Shown: positions 29,603 through 40,295, numbered from the stretch's first letter. The stretch: 64,000 bases of DNA from a virus (IMGVR_UViG_3300040758_000214:1-64000); one strand, 5' to 3'. Translations and numbers: made by a program. Notes: a model not told the origin generated them from the sequence alone.

Positions 29603-30599
29603 TTAATAACCTTTCTCTGAATTTTTGAAATAACTCAGTATTCCATGCATTTTTAATTGATGTATTGAGTAAAGAAATACCTTCAGAATGATTACCAAAA
29701 GAACATGGAACTAATTTTAAATCATTAGTTATATATACAGACATTCTTCCACCTTCACAAGTATCTATAGATTCAATTTGTTCTTGTGTTAATTCAGTCC
29801 CAGATTTCATAACTTTATTTATTAAACATGAATCTGCACCTAATGAATAATTTACACCTCTACATTGTCTTAGAGCTTGAAATCTTTCACTTGTTAAAAT
29901 ACGAGAGAAAATATTTAGGTTAATATCTCTCATTTGCCAATCTAAATCTTTTCCTTTCCCTTGAGGTTTAAATAAAAGAAAAATCACAGCATTTAATTTA
30001 GTAATATCAAATTTATCTTCAAATCTTTCACTTCCATTTAAAATTTTAAGAGATGGAATAAAAGATTTATTAGATAAAATATAATGAATATTTGTTCTAA
30101 CTCCAGCATCTATAAATCTTTTAAGGGCATCTAATGTATACTCTGGATATTTCTTTTCATCATTAAGATTGCAGCTTACAGCAACTGCCCCTACATATTC
30201 TTTTGATATTTTAATTTGTTCATCTGTTAAACAATTTCCACTTGTTGTATAATTTGGAACTATATTATTATCTCTGCAATACTTTAGTATATCTTCAAAA
30301 TTTTCATGTTGATTAGGATCTCCTTTACCTCCTAACGCAACTTGATTAACATATGGTTTAGCTTCATCAATTAATTTAGTAAAATTTGAAAATGTCATAT
30401 TTGGTTCGTTCTTTTCACCTTGATAACAAAACTGACAATCATTTGAACAATGCCCCATAATGCCTACATCCATTAATATAGGAAAATCTAAAACAAATGG
30501 GTCTTCATGACCATTAATTCCTTCAAGAGTTTCTTCTCCAGTTTCTGTATTAAATTCAATTTTATATCTATCAGTTTGTACGGTTTTCATTATATTCAC
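29571..30599 (-). CDS. Radical SAM enzyme with SPASM/Twitch-like C-terminus
   Basis: CSNDCQFCY (CxxxCxxC), GGKGDP, YTTSG, CEGGR.S.YI..D..LVPCSF...CSCP. Confidence 0.9.
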   Translation of the reverse strand: MNIMKTVQTDRYKIEFNTETGEETLEGINGHEDPFVLDFPILMDVGIMGHCSNDCQFCYQGEKNEPNMTFSNFTKLIDEAKPYVNQVALGGKGDPNQHENFEDILKYCRDNNIVPNYTTSGNCLTDEQIKISKEYVGAVAVSCNLNDEKKYPEYTLDALKRFIDAGVRTNIHYILSNKSFIPSLKILNGSERFEDKFDITKLNAVIFLLFKPQGKGKDLDWQMRDINLNIFSRILTSERFQALRQCRGVNYSLGADSCLINKVMKSGTELTQEQIESIDTCEGGRMSVYITNDLKLVPCSFGNHSEGISLLNTSIKNAWNTELFQKFRERLLNDRCSCPYNL

Positions 30600-30603
30600 C
30601 TTT

Positions 30604-30951
30604 TCATTTATTTATTGGAAGACTTAAAAAATTATTTACAATTTTAATAATTTCAACTGCTAAATTTCCTTCTTCATCATAAAATTCACATTCTCCATCA
30701 TCAACATCCCAAATATATGCTTGAATGTCATATACTACTTGTGCATCTAAATCATCACCGGCAACTGTTAAAAATTTCACTTTACCAAGATATAAAATAT
30801 GTTTTTCATCTTTAGCAACTAATCTTCCAGTACATAAAAATTCTAAAGCTTTTTTATTCTTTCCATTTTTAAAAAATTTTGATGTATCATCATAAGGAGA
30901 TTCAGATTTAATTAAATTATTTTTTGGTAAATATTCAATTCTTGAAAACAT
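30604..30951 (-). CDS. Hypothetical protein
   Basis: AGGAG RBS; ORF in operon. Confidence 0.5.
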   Translation of the reverse strand: MFSRIEYLPKNNLIKSESPYDDTSKFFKNGKNKKALEFLCTGRLVAKDEKHILYLGKVKFLTVAGDDLDAQVVYDIQAYIWDVDDGECEFYDEEGNLAVEIIKIVNNFLSLPINK

Positions 30952-30966
30952 AAAATTCTCCTAACT

Positions 30967-31458
30967 TTATTTACAATTCTCACATGTATAATTTTTATCA
31001 TTATAGAAAAAATCTAGTTTAGAAATATTAAATTCCTTTTTTATTTGTTTCTTTATATTAATATCATCTAAACATTTATCCATTAAACATTCAAATTTTC
31101 CATCTGTGATATTATACATAATCCTTCCTCTTGGAGATTGTTTCCAATCTTTAATCTGAGGATAAAGTCTTTTTATTAAATCTTTAAACATATCAATATG
31201 AAGAGCTTTATATCCAATATAAGTTTTATAATCATCATTTATAACATACATTCCCAGATGAGTCAATACTGATTTTATTTCATCATTATCTTTATCTTTA
31301 ATTTTTCCTAATGGAAGATTTATTTGTTGACTTTCAACAATTCCATCTATATAATAAAAGATCCCTACAGCAGGCAAAATTGATTCTTGTAAAAGTTCTA
31401 TTTCATTTTGAATAGTATTTAAATATTCTATAATATTTTTAAACTTTTTTTGTTTCAT
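30967..31458 (-). CDS. Hypothetical protein (YLxxI..E N-terminus; VGIFY...H...PRGR motif)
   Basis: IIEYLNTIQNEIELLQES; PRGRIMYN. Confidence 0.6.
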   Translation of the reverse strand: MKQKKFKNIIEYLNTIQNEIELLQESILPAVGIFYYIDGIVESQQINLPLGKIKDKDNDEIKSVLTHLGMYVINDDYKTYIGYKALHIDMFKDLIKRLYPQIKDWKQSPRGRIMYNITDGKFECLMDKCLDDINIKKQIKKEFNISKLDFFYNDKNYTCENCK

Positions 31459-31472
31459 ACTAAACTCCTTTA

Positions 31473-31934
31473 TTAAATTAATTCAAATAACTCCATGGTA
31501 TTCTTTATTATATGATACAATTGATCTGATAATTCAAATCTTTCTTTATTCTTAGACATTTGAGTTAAAACATTTCCATCATTTTGCCTAAGACTTGTAG
31601 CTTTCCAATCGCAGACCAATTCAATTAAATCTACTAAATTCATATCTTGTATGCCATTTTCGAAGTGTTCTGGATGATGTCTATTATGGGCATAATGATG
31701 TTTAAGTGCAACATTCATTTCTTTTAAATGTTGTTTATATTCATCTGAATTATATTCTAAATCTATAAGAACAGGTGTATGTTTTGCAAAAACTTCTAAT
31801 TCTGGACTCATAAGTTTAGTAGAGTCATGATACTTAGATCTATCATCAATTAAATTTTGAAGTTTATTCATGAATTGTTTAACAGTTTCTTGATGCGACC
31901 TAGTCTCAATTTTTGATTTTTCAAGATTGTCCAA
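31473..31934 (-). CDS. DUF5662-like HD-fold protein
   Basis: H...HDSTK...E...HHY.HNRHHPEH...E.VCDW. Confidence 0.75.
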   Translation of the reverse strand: MDNLEKSKIETRSHQETVKQFMNKLQNLIDDRSKYHDSTKLMSPELEVFAKHTPVLIDLEYNSDEYKQHLKEMNVALKHHYAHNRHHPEHFENGIQDMNLVDLIELVCDWKATSLRQNDGNVLTQMSKNKERFELSDQLYHIIKNTMELFELI

Positions 31935-32185
31935 TGATTAACACCTCCATTATTTTCCTTCATATTGCCTTTTGATTTGCTTAATTCTATTTCTTTTAAT
32001 AAGTGCTTCCCCATCTCCTCTTATAATTTCTTTAAACACTTCTTTAATTCCATCATCTGTCTCATCAAATATAATTTTTAAATCTTCAACAAATGTTGGT
32101 CTTAAGGATGTCAAGAAATTAGTAAATTTATCTATAGATAATTTTTCTGAATGATGTTTCTCAAAATCAATAACTTTTCCCATAA

Positions 32186-32764
32186 TTAATCCCTATTATA
32201 AGCTTCTAATAATTTTTTATCAACTTCCTCTAAATTCATTCCATTATATTTAATGACATTTGGATGATTAAAAGATATATTTCTTTTATTTACAGGCATT
32301 ATTACTAAACCTCTTGGTCTATACTCCAACCAATTCAAAATATATTCTGGAAAATCATCTACTAAAACTCTCCCGTATACTAATCCTTTATTATGAGTTA
32401 TCGTCACTCCATCAATATAATCTTTTAAATGTGTATTACACCAATCTATTTTTTCAGACCATGCATGACTTTTACTTGAAGGACCTTTTGTTAAAATTGA
32501 AATATTAAAACCAATAATTTTACATGCATCTAAAATATCCCAGCCAAGTCTTAATCTATTTAATTTTGACCACCATCCAACTTGTTTAGTTATCATTTGT
32601 CTTCTAGCTTCTAAATATGAAGGCATATGCATATAATTAAATACTTCTTCAACCTCAGGTTCCCAATATGAATGTAATTTTTTTAAGTCTAATAATAATT
32701 GTCCATCATAATCTGCTAAAGTTCCGTCTAAATCAAATAATGCTATTTGTGGATGTGGATTCAT
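32186..32764 (-). CDS. HAD-family 5'(3')-deoxyribonucleotidase-like protein
   Basis: FDLDGTLAD, ILT, WSEK..W, K...G.VLVDD. Confidence 0.8.
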   Translation of the reverse strand: MNPHPQIALFDLDGTLADYDGQLLLDLKKLHSYWEPEVEEVFNYMHMPSYLEARRQMITKQVGWWSKLNRLRLGWDILDACKIIGFNISILTKGPSSKSHAWSEKIDWCNTHLKDYIDGVTITHNKGLVYGRVLVDDFPEYILNWLEYRPRGLVIMPVNKRNISFNHPNVIKYNGMNLEEVDKKLLEAYNRD

Positions 32765-32779
32765 TTTATATCCTTTCTT

Positions 32780-33847
32780 CTAAATTTCTGGAATTGGTCT
32801 ACTGAAAAATTTAATATCATTAAATTGTGATAAATCACTACTTGCAATAAGACTTCCATGCCCTTTTAAATTAATATGAAATCCATATATATTTTCATAA
32901 GGAAACATATTTATAATTTCAGTTGCTTCTTCTAATGCACCACATGGAATCTTAGAATGAGTAAATGGTGCATTTTTAATATAAACATGACTATGAATCA
33001 TATAATTTATATTTTTATAAAAGTTATATAATGATAATTGAATAGGTGAATCTACAGATGGTTTATGTTCCCCATAATATTCAACTATTGCTGAATTAAG
33101 ATTACATGCGATAAATCCTTTTGTTGATAAATCTCTTTTATCTATATTTCTTTTAGATACAAAGACTTTATCTTTTACTTTCATAGATGGGAATCCTCTT
33201 TCACATCTATAAGATGCATTACCTAAAAATCTAGATGTGTTTAATCCATGAATTAATTCATGAAATTCATTTGCATATTCATTAATTATTTCAATAAATT
33301 TTGCATTTTCGGGGCTTGGTATTTTAAATGAATCTCCAACTTTTATACTGGGAATCCTATGAAAACTGAGTAATTCAACAATTCTATTAAATAATGAATA
33401 AACTACTTTTTCTATATTAACTTCATTGATTATAAAACAATTTCCCAATGGATCTAATATTGTAACATTTATCATATTAGTTGTACTTTGCCAAAACTCT
33501 ATTATCAAATTAGATTTGGTTTGTAATGCTCTACTAATAATATCCATACAATTATATTTATTATCTCTATTATTTTTAGAAGTAACTAAAATACAAGTTG
33601 GATTCTTTTCTTTAATTTTATTTACAATTTTTTCTTCTTCATTTGGAACATTAGGAAACCATAAAATTACGTCATAAAGTACAAAGTTATTTGAATTTAT
33701 AATAGATTCTAAATTAAAGAAAAATCCTCCATTAAAATAATCAAACCAATTAAATTTTAGAGATATTGAATCAATAACTTTTTCAATATAATGTGATGTT
33801 TTTCCTCCTTTTCTATCAAAAGTACCTCCAATTAATAATATTCTCAT
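32780..33847 (-). CDS. Protein with C-terminal class II aldolase/adducin-like domain
   Basis: GNAS.R, VSKR, KPSVD, IHSH, LKGHG. Confidence 0.7.
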   Translation of the reverse strand: MRILLIGGTFDRKGGKTSHYIEKVIDSISLKFNWFDYFNGGFFFNLESIINSNNFVLYDVILWFPNVPNEEEKIVNKIKEKNPTCILVTSKNNRDNKYNCMDIISRALQTKSNLIIEFWQSTTNMINVTILDPLGNCFIINEVNIEKVVYSLFNRIVELLSFHRIPSIKVGDSFKIPSPENAKFIEIINEYANEFHELIHGLNTSRFLGNASYRCERGFPSMKVKDKVFVSKRNIDKRDLSTKGFIACNLNSAIVEYYGEHKPSVDSPIQLSLYNFYKNINYMIHSHVYIKNAPFTHSKIPCGALEEATEIINMFPYENIYGFHINLKGHGSLIASSDLSQFNDIKFFSRPIPEI

Positions 33848-33860
33848 GCTTACCTCTAAT

Positions 33861-34433
33861 TCATAGTAATTTTAAATGCCCCGTTATTTTATCTATTTCT
33901 TCAGAATTAGCCGGACCAATTGTTATACAAGTATTAGTAGGAACACCATGGAACTCTGTAGTTCCATTATCGGTTATAAGAATACAAGGAAGATCAGCTA
34001 GTTTTGCTAAACTATATAATTTTAATAATTCAACTTCACTATCACATTGCAGGCATACTTTAGCAAAAGATTCTTCAAGCCATTCGACCATTTCTTTAGT
34101 TAACCTAAAAGTTACATCCACTTCTTTATAATCATTTTCGTCTATACTATTAATATATATTCTTTTTTTATCAATTATTCTCCGTGTAAAAATACCTAAA
34201 GCTGCATGTTGCCCTTGTGAATTTTCCTTCCCACGTCTCATTTTAAGATCTTTGCGGATTACAGTTACCATCTTAATATCATAATGATTTTTATTAACTA
34301 ATTCACATTTAGCATCTTTATCCATTGGACATTTATTACATTCTCCATCCTGAAAAAGATGAGGCTTAGATCCTCCACAATTAATTGCTTCATCACATTT
34401 CAATCGTTTGTTACATTGATATAAATCAGTCAT
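33861..34433 (-). CDS. pth2: Peptidyl-tRNA hydrolase PTH2 with Cys-rich N-terminal extension
   Basis: KMV.VIRKDLKMRRGK..SQ..HA, KVCL, I.D.G.TEF, T...IGP...IDKITGHLKLL. Confidence 0.9.
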   Translation of the reverse strand: MTDLYQCNKRLKCDEAINCGGSKPHLFQDGECNKCPMDKDAKCELVNKNHYDIKMVTVIRKDLKMRRGKENSQGQHAALGIFTRRIIDKKRIYINSIDENDYKEVDVTFRLTKEMVEWLEESFAKVCLQCDSEVELLKLYSLAKLADLPCILITDNGTTEFHGVPTNTCITIGPANSEEIDKITGHLKLL

Positions 34434-34833
34434 AATTAATTATCCTTTACTAAATTTTTATTTAAAGTCTTACGATACATTCCTTTAATTTTATGACTGG
34501 AATTCATCCATATTCTTTTTCCTTGTTTAAAATTTATTGTAGTTCCACCCCATATTTTTCTAATTAATTTAACAGATCTTCCTCTCATGGTATTCTCCTT
34601 TTCAGTTTAATAAATGTGTTCACCATCATTTAACTCATCACATGGCAATTCTTCTTGAAATGTATCTAATTTTTTAGTTGATATAAAAGCAGAACCATGA
34701 CTATGATTAAAACAATGTAAATGAGCTTTTAATTTAGCAATTAAATAAAAGTGACTTTGTCCTACTAACCGAGTATGATCTTTTCCCCACCTGTCATAAA
34801 AAGGAGTTAAATCTCCATATACATAATACATAT

Positions 34834-35220
34834 TTAATCTCCTAATAGATAGATTTCTAAATCATAATCATCTACAAAACCACTTTCCCAATCTCTAGAT
34901 ATGTTTACCATACGAACTGAATAAAGTTTCTCATTTTCTATTTCTGGAAATATAACATTTCCACATGCAATACTTTCATTTATATCATCCATTAACCACA
35001 TACAATTAGAACATCCAGGACAAGATTGTCTTTTTAATAATCTTATCCCTTGTCTTAATTCCACTCTATTTTTAACTTTGAATAAACTTTTATAACCTTT
35101 GAAAACTAATCCAATACATGAATTAGAAACTACAGTTACATCAAATATTAAATTATCCATAAATTTATCCTGTAATAAATAGTGATTTAACTTGACTTTG
35201 ATGTAATTGAATAGTTTCAT
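34834..35220 (-). CDS. Hypothetical protein
   Basis: SCPGCSNC and RDWESGFVDDY motifs. Confidence 0.5.
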   Translation of the reverse strand: MKLFNYIKVKLNHYLLQDKFMDNLIFDVTVVSNSCIGLVFKGYKSLFKVKNRVELRQGIRLLKRQSCPGCSNCMWLMDDINESIACGNVIFPEIENEKLYSVRMVNISRDWESGFVDDYDLEIYLLGD

Positions 35221-35572
35221 CTACATCTAATCTCAAATCATAGCTCATTAATATTTCTTCTTCTGTTTCTAAAAATTCAGGAATTATTAAATAAATAAGA
35301 GATTCATTATTCTTGTTCATGTTATATTCTCCTTATAGGTTTAATCCCAACCTCTTTCTTTGGGAATTAATTTAACTATTTCTTTTAAGTTTATAGCAAA
35401 TGACCCTTCAATAGTTAAGGTATATTTGTCATCATTTAAATTAGTCCATGAAAAGTTAACATTTCCTTCACTTATTAATTCATTTACTAAATTTATTAAT
35501 CTCTTATGATCTTTTATTTTAATTTCAAGTTTAAAATCAAGAGGCGAATCTGTTACACTCTTATCCGTAGAT

Positions 35573-35875
35573 TTAGATTTTGACATTATTATTTTCCTTT
35601 TTTAAAATGTATTCACCCATTCTACAATTAGTATTTTTACTTTGTTCAATTTGGCCATGAGAATAACACGGAGTTTTCTTATACCATTTATAATCATGGA
35701 TTCTACATGAATAATTCCCAGGTTTATCTCCTATTAAATGTTTACATGCAACTCTTTCACCTGAATGAAATGTAATATTATCTTTCTTAAGTCCTTTTTC
35801 TGGATCATTAACTATCATTACACATAAATTTATACAACAATATCCACATCTTAGACATATCATTATATCCTCCAT
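35573..35875 (-). CDS. YkgJ-like Cys-cluster (Fe-S/Zn) protein
   Basis: CLRCGYCC...CKHL...CRIH...C. Confidence 0.65.
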   Translation of the reverse strand: MEDIMICLRCGYCCINLCVMIVNDPEKGLKKDNITFHSGERVACKHLIGDKPGNYSCRIHDYKWYKKTPCYSHGQIEQSKNTNCRMGEYILKKENNNVKI

Positions 35876-36273
35876 GCTTTATATTTTTCATCTAGTTCTT
35901 TGAATGATTGATAATCACTATGGATTTGATAAGTTAATGCTCTGAGATATATAATTAATGACTTTTTCACAACATTTTTCATGAATGATACAATTTGGAA
36001 ACATAACATAATTATTAAATACTAAATAAATTGTTTCTCCTTCTTTAATAATATTATTACATAAAGGACAATAATATTTCGCATTATAAGGAACTTTACA
36101 TGAAACCATTTTTTTATACATACAAAATGATCCATCTTCAAATTTAACAGTTTCTGTCATAAATTGGTCCTTTTTTTATAAATAGAGTATCACAATTACT
36201 ATAAGTGTTTGTATAATCATAAATGATAAACCAAGTCCTTGAATTCCAATATTTTCAAACATTATTTCTCTCC

Positions 36274-36675
36274 TTATTTAAAAAATCTCCAAAATTCTTC
36301 TGGTTCGAATTTTTCAGCCATTCTCACTTGTTCTTTAGCTTCTTTAATTTGTTTATTCATTACCTTTTTATCACCTTCTAAAATATCTTTTCTTACATCT
36401 TCTATTGTGGATCCAACAAAAGCTCCAGTTTCACTTTCTGCAACATAAGTTTTTCCTTTAGGTGATATAATCAAGTAACCTTTCTTTCCTTTTCCTAAAT
36501 CAAAGATTTGATTGTCATTAATTTCTATTTCAGTTTTAATTGGTCGATGAACTTTTCCGCCCATAGTAAAAGGAAAATAACCAATTGACCAGATTGTAAT
36601 TTTCTTTTTTTCATTACCATGCATTGGTTCGAAACATGTTCCAGAATAATCTACACTCATAATTAATCCTTTCAA
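36274..36675 (-). CDS. Hypothetical protein
   Basis: ORF in minus-strand block. Confidence 0.5.
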   Translation of the reverse strand: MKGLIMSVDYSGTCFEPMHGNEKKKITIWSIGYFPFTMGGKVHRPIKTEIEINDNQIFDLGKGKKGYLIISPKGKTYVAESETGAFVGSTIEDVRKDILEGDKKVMNKQIKEAKEQVRMAEKFEPEEFWRFFK

Positions 36676-36995
36676 TTTTAAAATGGTAATTCTTTAATAA
36701 ATAAAATACTCACCTTGTCAGAATTTGTATCTTTAGCAATTTTATTTCTCATCCATTCAAAATCTTCATAATTTTTAATTAATATATCTTTTTCTTTACC
36801 TGTTCTTGATATAATAACATTATGGTATTTAAATTTAGTACTTCCATTATTTTGTGAAATATAAGTAATCAAATATTTTTTAGTTACTTCTTGATTCGAT
36901 GAATAAATTGCTAAACTTAAAAATAAAAATATTAGTAAGAATACACAACATATTGCTATTAACTCTATTTTTTTCATATATTCCTTTCTTTATTC

Positions 36996-37826
36996 CTATT
37001 CCATAATCACATAAGGTTTGGATTGTTCAAGAAATCTTAGAACTTTTATTAAATCAAATTTTTCATTACTATGTGATCTTACTAAGGTTTCTACATCAAT
37101 CCACATTTTCAAATCTTTTATAACAGACCAATTAATATCTTGACTTTTAAGCTTAGCCATTTTTTCTAGTAAACTATAAAAATTATTTACAACCTTTGAT
37201 ATTTTTTCTAATTCACCATTTACATTATCAGGAGATAATCCACCTGCAAATCCTATTGGCATTGTTGTTGAAATTAAGTTACCATTTGAATCCATTGGTA
37301 ACTTCCATTCAACAGGAAGTATTCCTGCTCCATGAGATAAATCATACAAAGCTGAAACATTTAGATTTTTATTTAATGCTGCAATCAATGGTTCATTATT
37401 AGCTTCATCAAATTGAAATATTATTTGTTGACTAATTGTATTAACTGCTTTTATAATTTGTGAAAATCTATCAATATTACAATTATGTTTCACTCCATGT
37501 GTGTTTAATTGCCATCTATTTGCAATAAGACTAAAATTTCTTGGAACATCTAAGCTGATCCATCTTCCTAAGAATATTTGTTCAACCCATTCTCCGCATA
37601 AATGACCTGACACATTAATTGCTTTTTCAGATTCTAAACATAACTCAGAAAACTCTTCTATCCATTTTGTTGAGGGGAATCTTCTTCTATATCTGGTTGA
37701 ATTTTTTGATTGTAAGATTCCCCATTCAACATATGGAAATTCTCCAGAAATTTGTATTAAATCTTTTGGATTTATAGAGTCATCAGCTCCTGTGATTGTA
37801 ACCTTATTTAAAAATTGTTTATTCAT
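36996..37826 (-). CDS. Phosphoribosylanthranilate-isomerase-like TIM-barrel protein
   Basis: TITGADD, VEWGIL, HLCG, RWQLN, LYDLSHGAG, GFAGGLSPDNV, WIDVET. Confidence 0.7.
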   Translation of the reverse strand: MNKQFLNKVTITGADDSINPKDLIQISGEFPYVEWGILQSKNSTRYRRRFPSTKWIEEFSELCLESEKAINVSGHLCGEWVEQIFLGRWISLDVPRNFSLIANRWQLNTHGVKHNCNIDRFSQIIKAVNTISQQIIFQFDEANNEPLIAALNKNLNVSALYDLSHGAGILPVEWKLPMDSNGNLISTTMPIGFAGGLSPDNVNGELEKISKVVNNFYSLLEKMAKLKSQDINWSVIKDLKMWIDVETLVRSHSNEKFDLIKVLRFLEQSKPYVIME

Positions 37827-37934
37827 TTATTTATCCTTTTCAAAAATATTTACAAAATAAATATCCACAAATACATATACCAATACATACACTTATACAC
37901 TCTAATAAATGTTGTAAATTAGGCCCTATTTCTA

Positions 37935-38204
37935 TCATCTTTTATTCTCCCTTTCAGTAAATAATTCACATCCTCCATGATGATGAGAAATCATTCCGTT
38001 ATTATTCAATTCTATATTATGCTCTACAATACAACAATATATTCTGGTTGTGTGAGTACATCTATTATTATCAATCCAAGGATGAGAAAATAACTCAATA
38101 AGACTTGAGCATATACAACAACATTCTTCTCCCATACTTGTATTTTTTAATTCATTTAATCCAATATGGCATACAGAATTATCTTCTACTCTATAATCAA
38201 TCAT
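37935..38204 (-). CDS. Cys/His-rich hypothetical protein
   Basis: CCCIC...YCC...HHHGGCELF. Confidence 0.45.
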   Translation of the reverse strand: MIDYRVEDNSVCHIGLNELKNTSMGEECCCICSSLIELFSHPWIDNNRCTHTTRIYCCIVEHNIELNNNGMISHHHGGCELFTERENKR

Positions 38205-38259
38205 TAGATTTCCTTTCTCGATACTTTTTATTTAGAACAAATATTAAAGGAGACTTAGA

Positions 38260-39051
38260 ATGAAACATACAATATATCAAGTAACAAATTTAATTGATAA
38301 TAAAATTTATATAGGTAAACATAGTACTAATAATATTAATGATTCTTACTTAGGATCAGGTGAATATTTGAATCGAGCAATTAAAAAATATGGCAAAGAA
38401 AATTTTAAAAAAGAAATTCTTTATATTTTTGATACAGAAGAAGAATCATTATTAAAAGAAATGGAAATAGTCAATAAAGAATTTGTATCTAGAAAAGATA
38501 CCTATAATGTAACATTAGGTGGTCGGGGTTCATTTTTTCATTTAAAAGGAATTCCAAAATCAGAAGAAACTAGAAAGAAAATAGGTGATTCATTCCGAGG
38601 AATTCCTAGACCTAAGGAAATTGGTGATAAAATAAAAGCTTCATTAACTGGTAGAAAAAGATCAGAAGAAACCAAAGAAAAACTTAGAAAACCTAAATCA
38701 GAAGAACATAAATTAAAAATGTCAATTAATAGAAAGAATATGAATTTAACTGGAGAAAGAAATCCATTTTTTAATAAACAACATTCTGAAGAATCTAAAA
38801 TTAAAATTGGGAATAGAGATTATTCCAAACAAAGTGGTAAAACCCATTATTTATCTAAAACTTATTTATTAATTTCTCCAAAGAATGAAGAATTTATTTT
38901 ATATGGAGGAGAAGTATCTAAATTCTGTAAATCAAATAAGTTGAGTGAGTCATTGCTTAGAAAGAATATAAATAAATCAGTTAAAATTAAAAATATCCAT
39001 AATTGTAAATATCCAAATACAGAAGGATATTCTTTAAATGTGATGGTCTAA
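38260..39051 (+). mobile_element. Free-standing GIY-YIG homing endonuclease with NUMOD3 repeats (Seg-like)
   Basis: TIYQVTNLIDNKIYIGKH...YLGSG...AIKKYG.ENF; repeated (K/H)SEET(K/R).K; inverted relative to its block; own GAACA motif at 38234. Confidence 0.9.
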
Positions 39052-39546
39052 AATAGGTTTATCTTTTAATTTAGCTATAATTTGTTCAAAAGAAAAAGGA
39101 TAATAATTATTACAATCTACACCAACATCCATTGATTTACCAATTCCCTCCAATTGACCATGACTATGACCATAGGTATGAATTGATCCATAGTGTGATC
39201 TATTCCAAACTCTATGCGCATAGTGAGACATATAAATATATTGATCATTAATTTTTGTAAAATAAGTATCTTTTACGAATTGAAATCCTGCAGTATAAAC
39301 ATCTTTGGAATCATGATTTCCTAATATGAGGATCCAACATCCCGACAATCTTTGTAAATATTTTTTAGGATCTTTCCATGCAAAATCCCCAAGACAATAT
39401 ACTATATCGTTAGATTTAATCATTGAATTATAGTTTTGTATAAGTGTTTCATCATGTTCTTCTATTGTATCAAATGGGCGACAATGATGCTTAATTATTA
39501 AGTTAGAGTGTCCCATGTGACAATCTGATGTGAACCATGTATTCAT
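39034..39546 (-). CDS. Calcineurin-like phosphoesterase
   Basis: FTSDCH.GH, LGDF, GNHD, HY, YGHSHG, DVGVD. Confidence 0.88.
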   Translation of the reverse strand: MNTWFTSDCHMGHSNLIIKHHCRPFDTIEEHDETLIQNYNSMIKSNDIVYCLGDFAWKDPKKYLQRLSGCWILILGNHDSKDVYTAGFQFVKDTYFTKINDQYIYMSHYAHRVWNRSHYGSIHTYGHSHGQLEGIGKSMDVGVDCNNYYPFSFEQIIAKLKDKPILDHHI

Positions 39547-39713
39547 AAAATTGTTTTAACTCCTATTTCTAAACCACAATCTGGATTAGGACATTTATAG
39601 ACATTACATTTTAATTCTGGCTTATAATCTTTCTTTATCATCAAATGATGACATTTAGTGCAATCAGGATGTCCTTCTATCCATCGTATATCTTTCTTTT
39701 CAAATACTTTCAT

Positions 39714-40031
39714 TTATACATCCTCTGTAAAAAAGGTATTAATCCAACAAATTTTTCTTTGCATCATTCCTACTTGTGTTGGTAAATCTTGATCTCCCCA
39801 ATTATATAATGATTCCATAATGGAATCAAATGTTTCTACATCATCTACACTGTATTCAAAGTCTAATGCAATAATCTCTAAATCATTATCCCTTTCCTTT
39901 TCAAAGAAACTTGATTCTTTAATAACTTTAGCAATTCTTTTTCCAGCTTCTTTTACATCTATTTCATCACTTTCTAATTTTTTCCAAATATCTTTTATAT
40001 TTAATTCATATCGCCAATTTGCCATAATCAT
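39714..40031 (-). CDS. Hypothetical protein
   Basis: ORF in minus-strand block. Confidence 0.5.
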   Translation of the reverse strand: MIMANWRYELNIKDIWKKLESDEIDVKEAGKRIAKVIKESSFFEKERDNDLEIIALDFEYSVDDVETFDSIMESLYNWGDQDLPTQVGMMQRKICWINTFFTEDV

Positions 40032-40295
40032 TCCTTTCTAAAATAAAGCAATTATTGAAATATACACTTTTCATTATTTTTATCAATCATCTACATAACT
40101 TTTCTAATTCAAGTCTCATTTGTTGCCTGATTCGATTTCCATCTTTGCTATTGAATTTGAGATATTCTCTTACAAATTCTTTAAGGTTTGAAAGTTCTAA
40201 TTCTTTCTTTATTAGATCATCATAATCTTTTTGAGGGAGTATAATAAGATATTCTTTATTACTTACTCCTAGATCTTTACCTAAAATAGCTCCAA

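Noticed and set aside
36290-36640. GGTTCGAA T-loop-like strings suggesting tRNAs
   Set aside because: They lie inside a CDS and no cloverleaf can be built. No tRNA genes were found by eye; tRNAscan-SE would be decisive.
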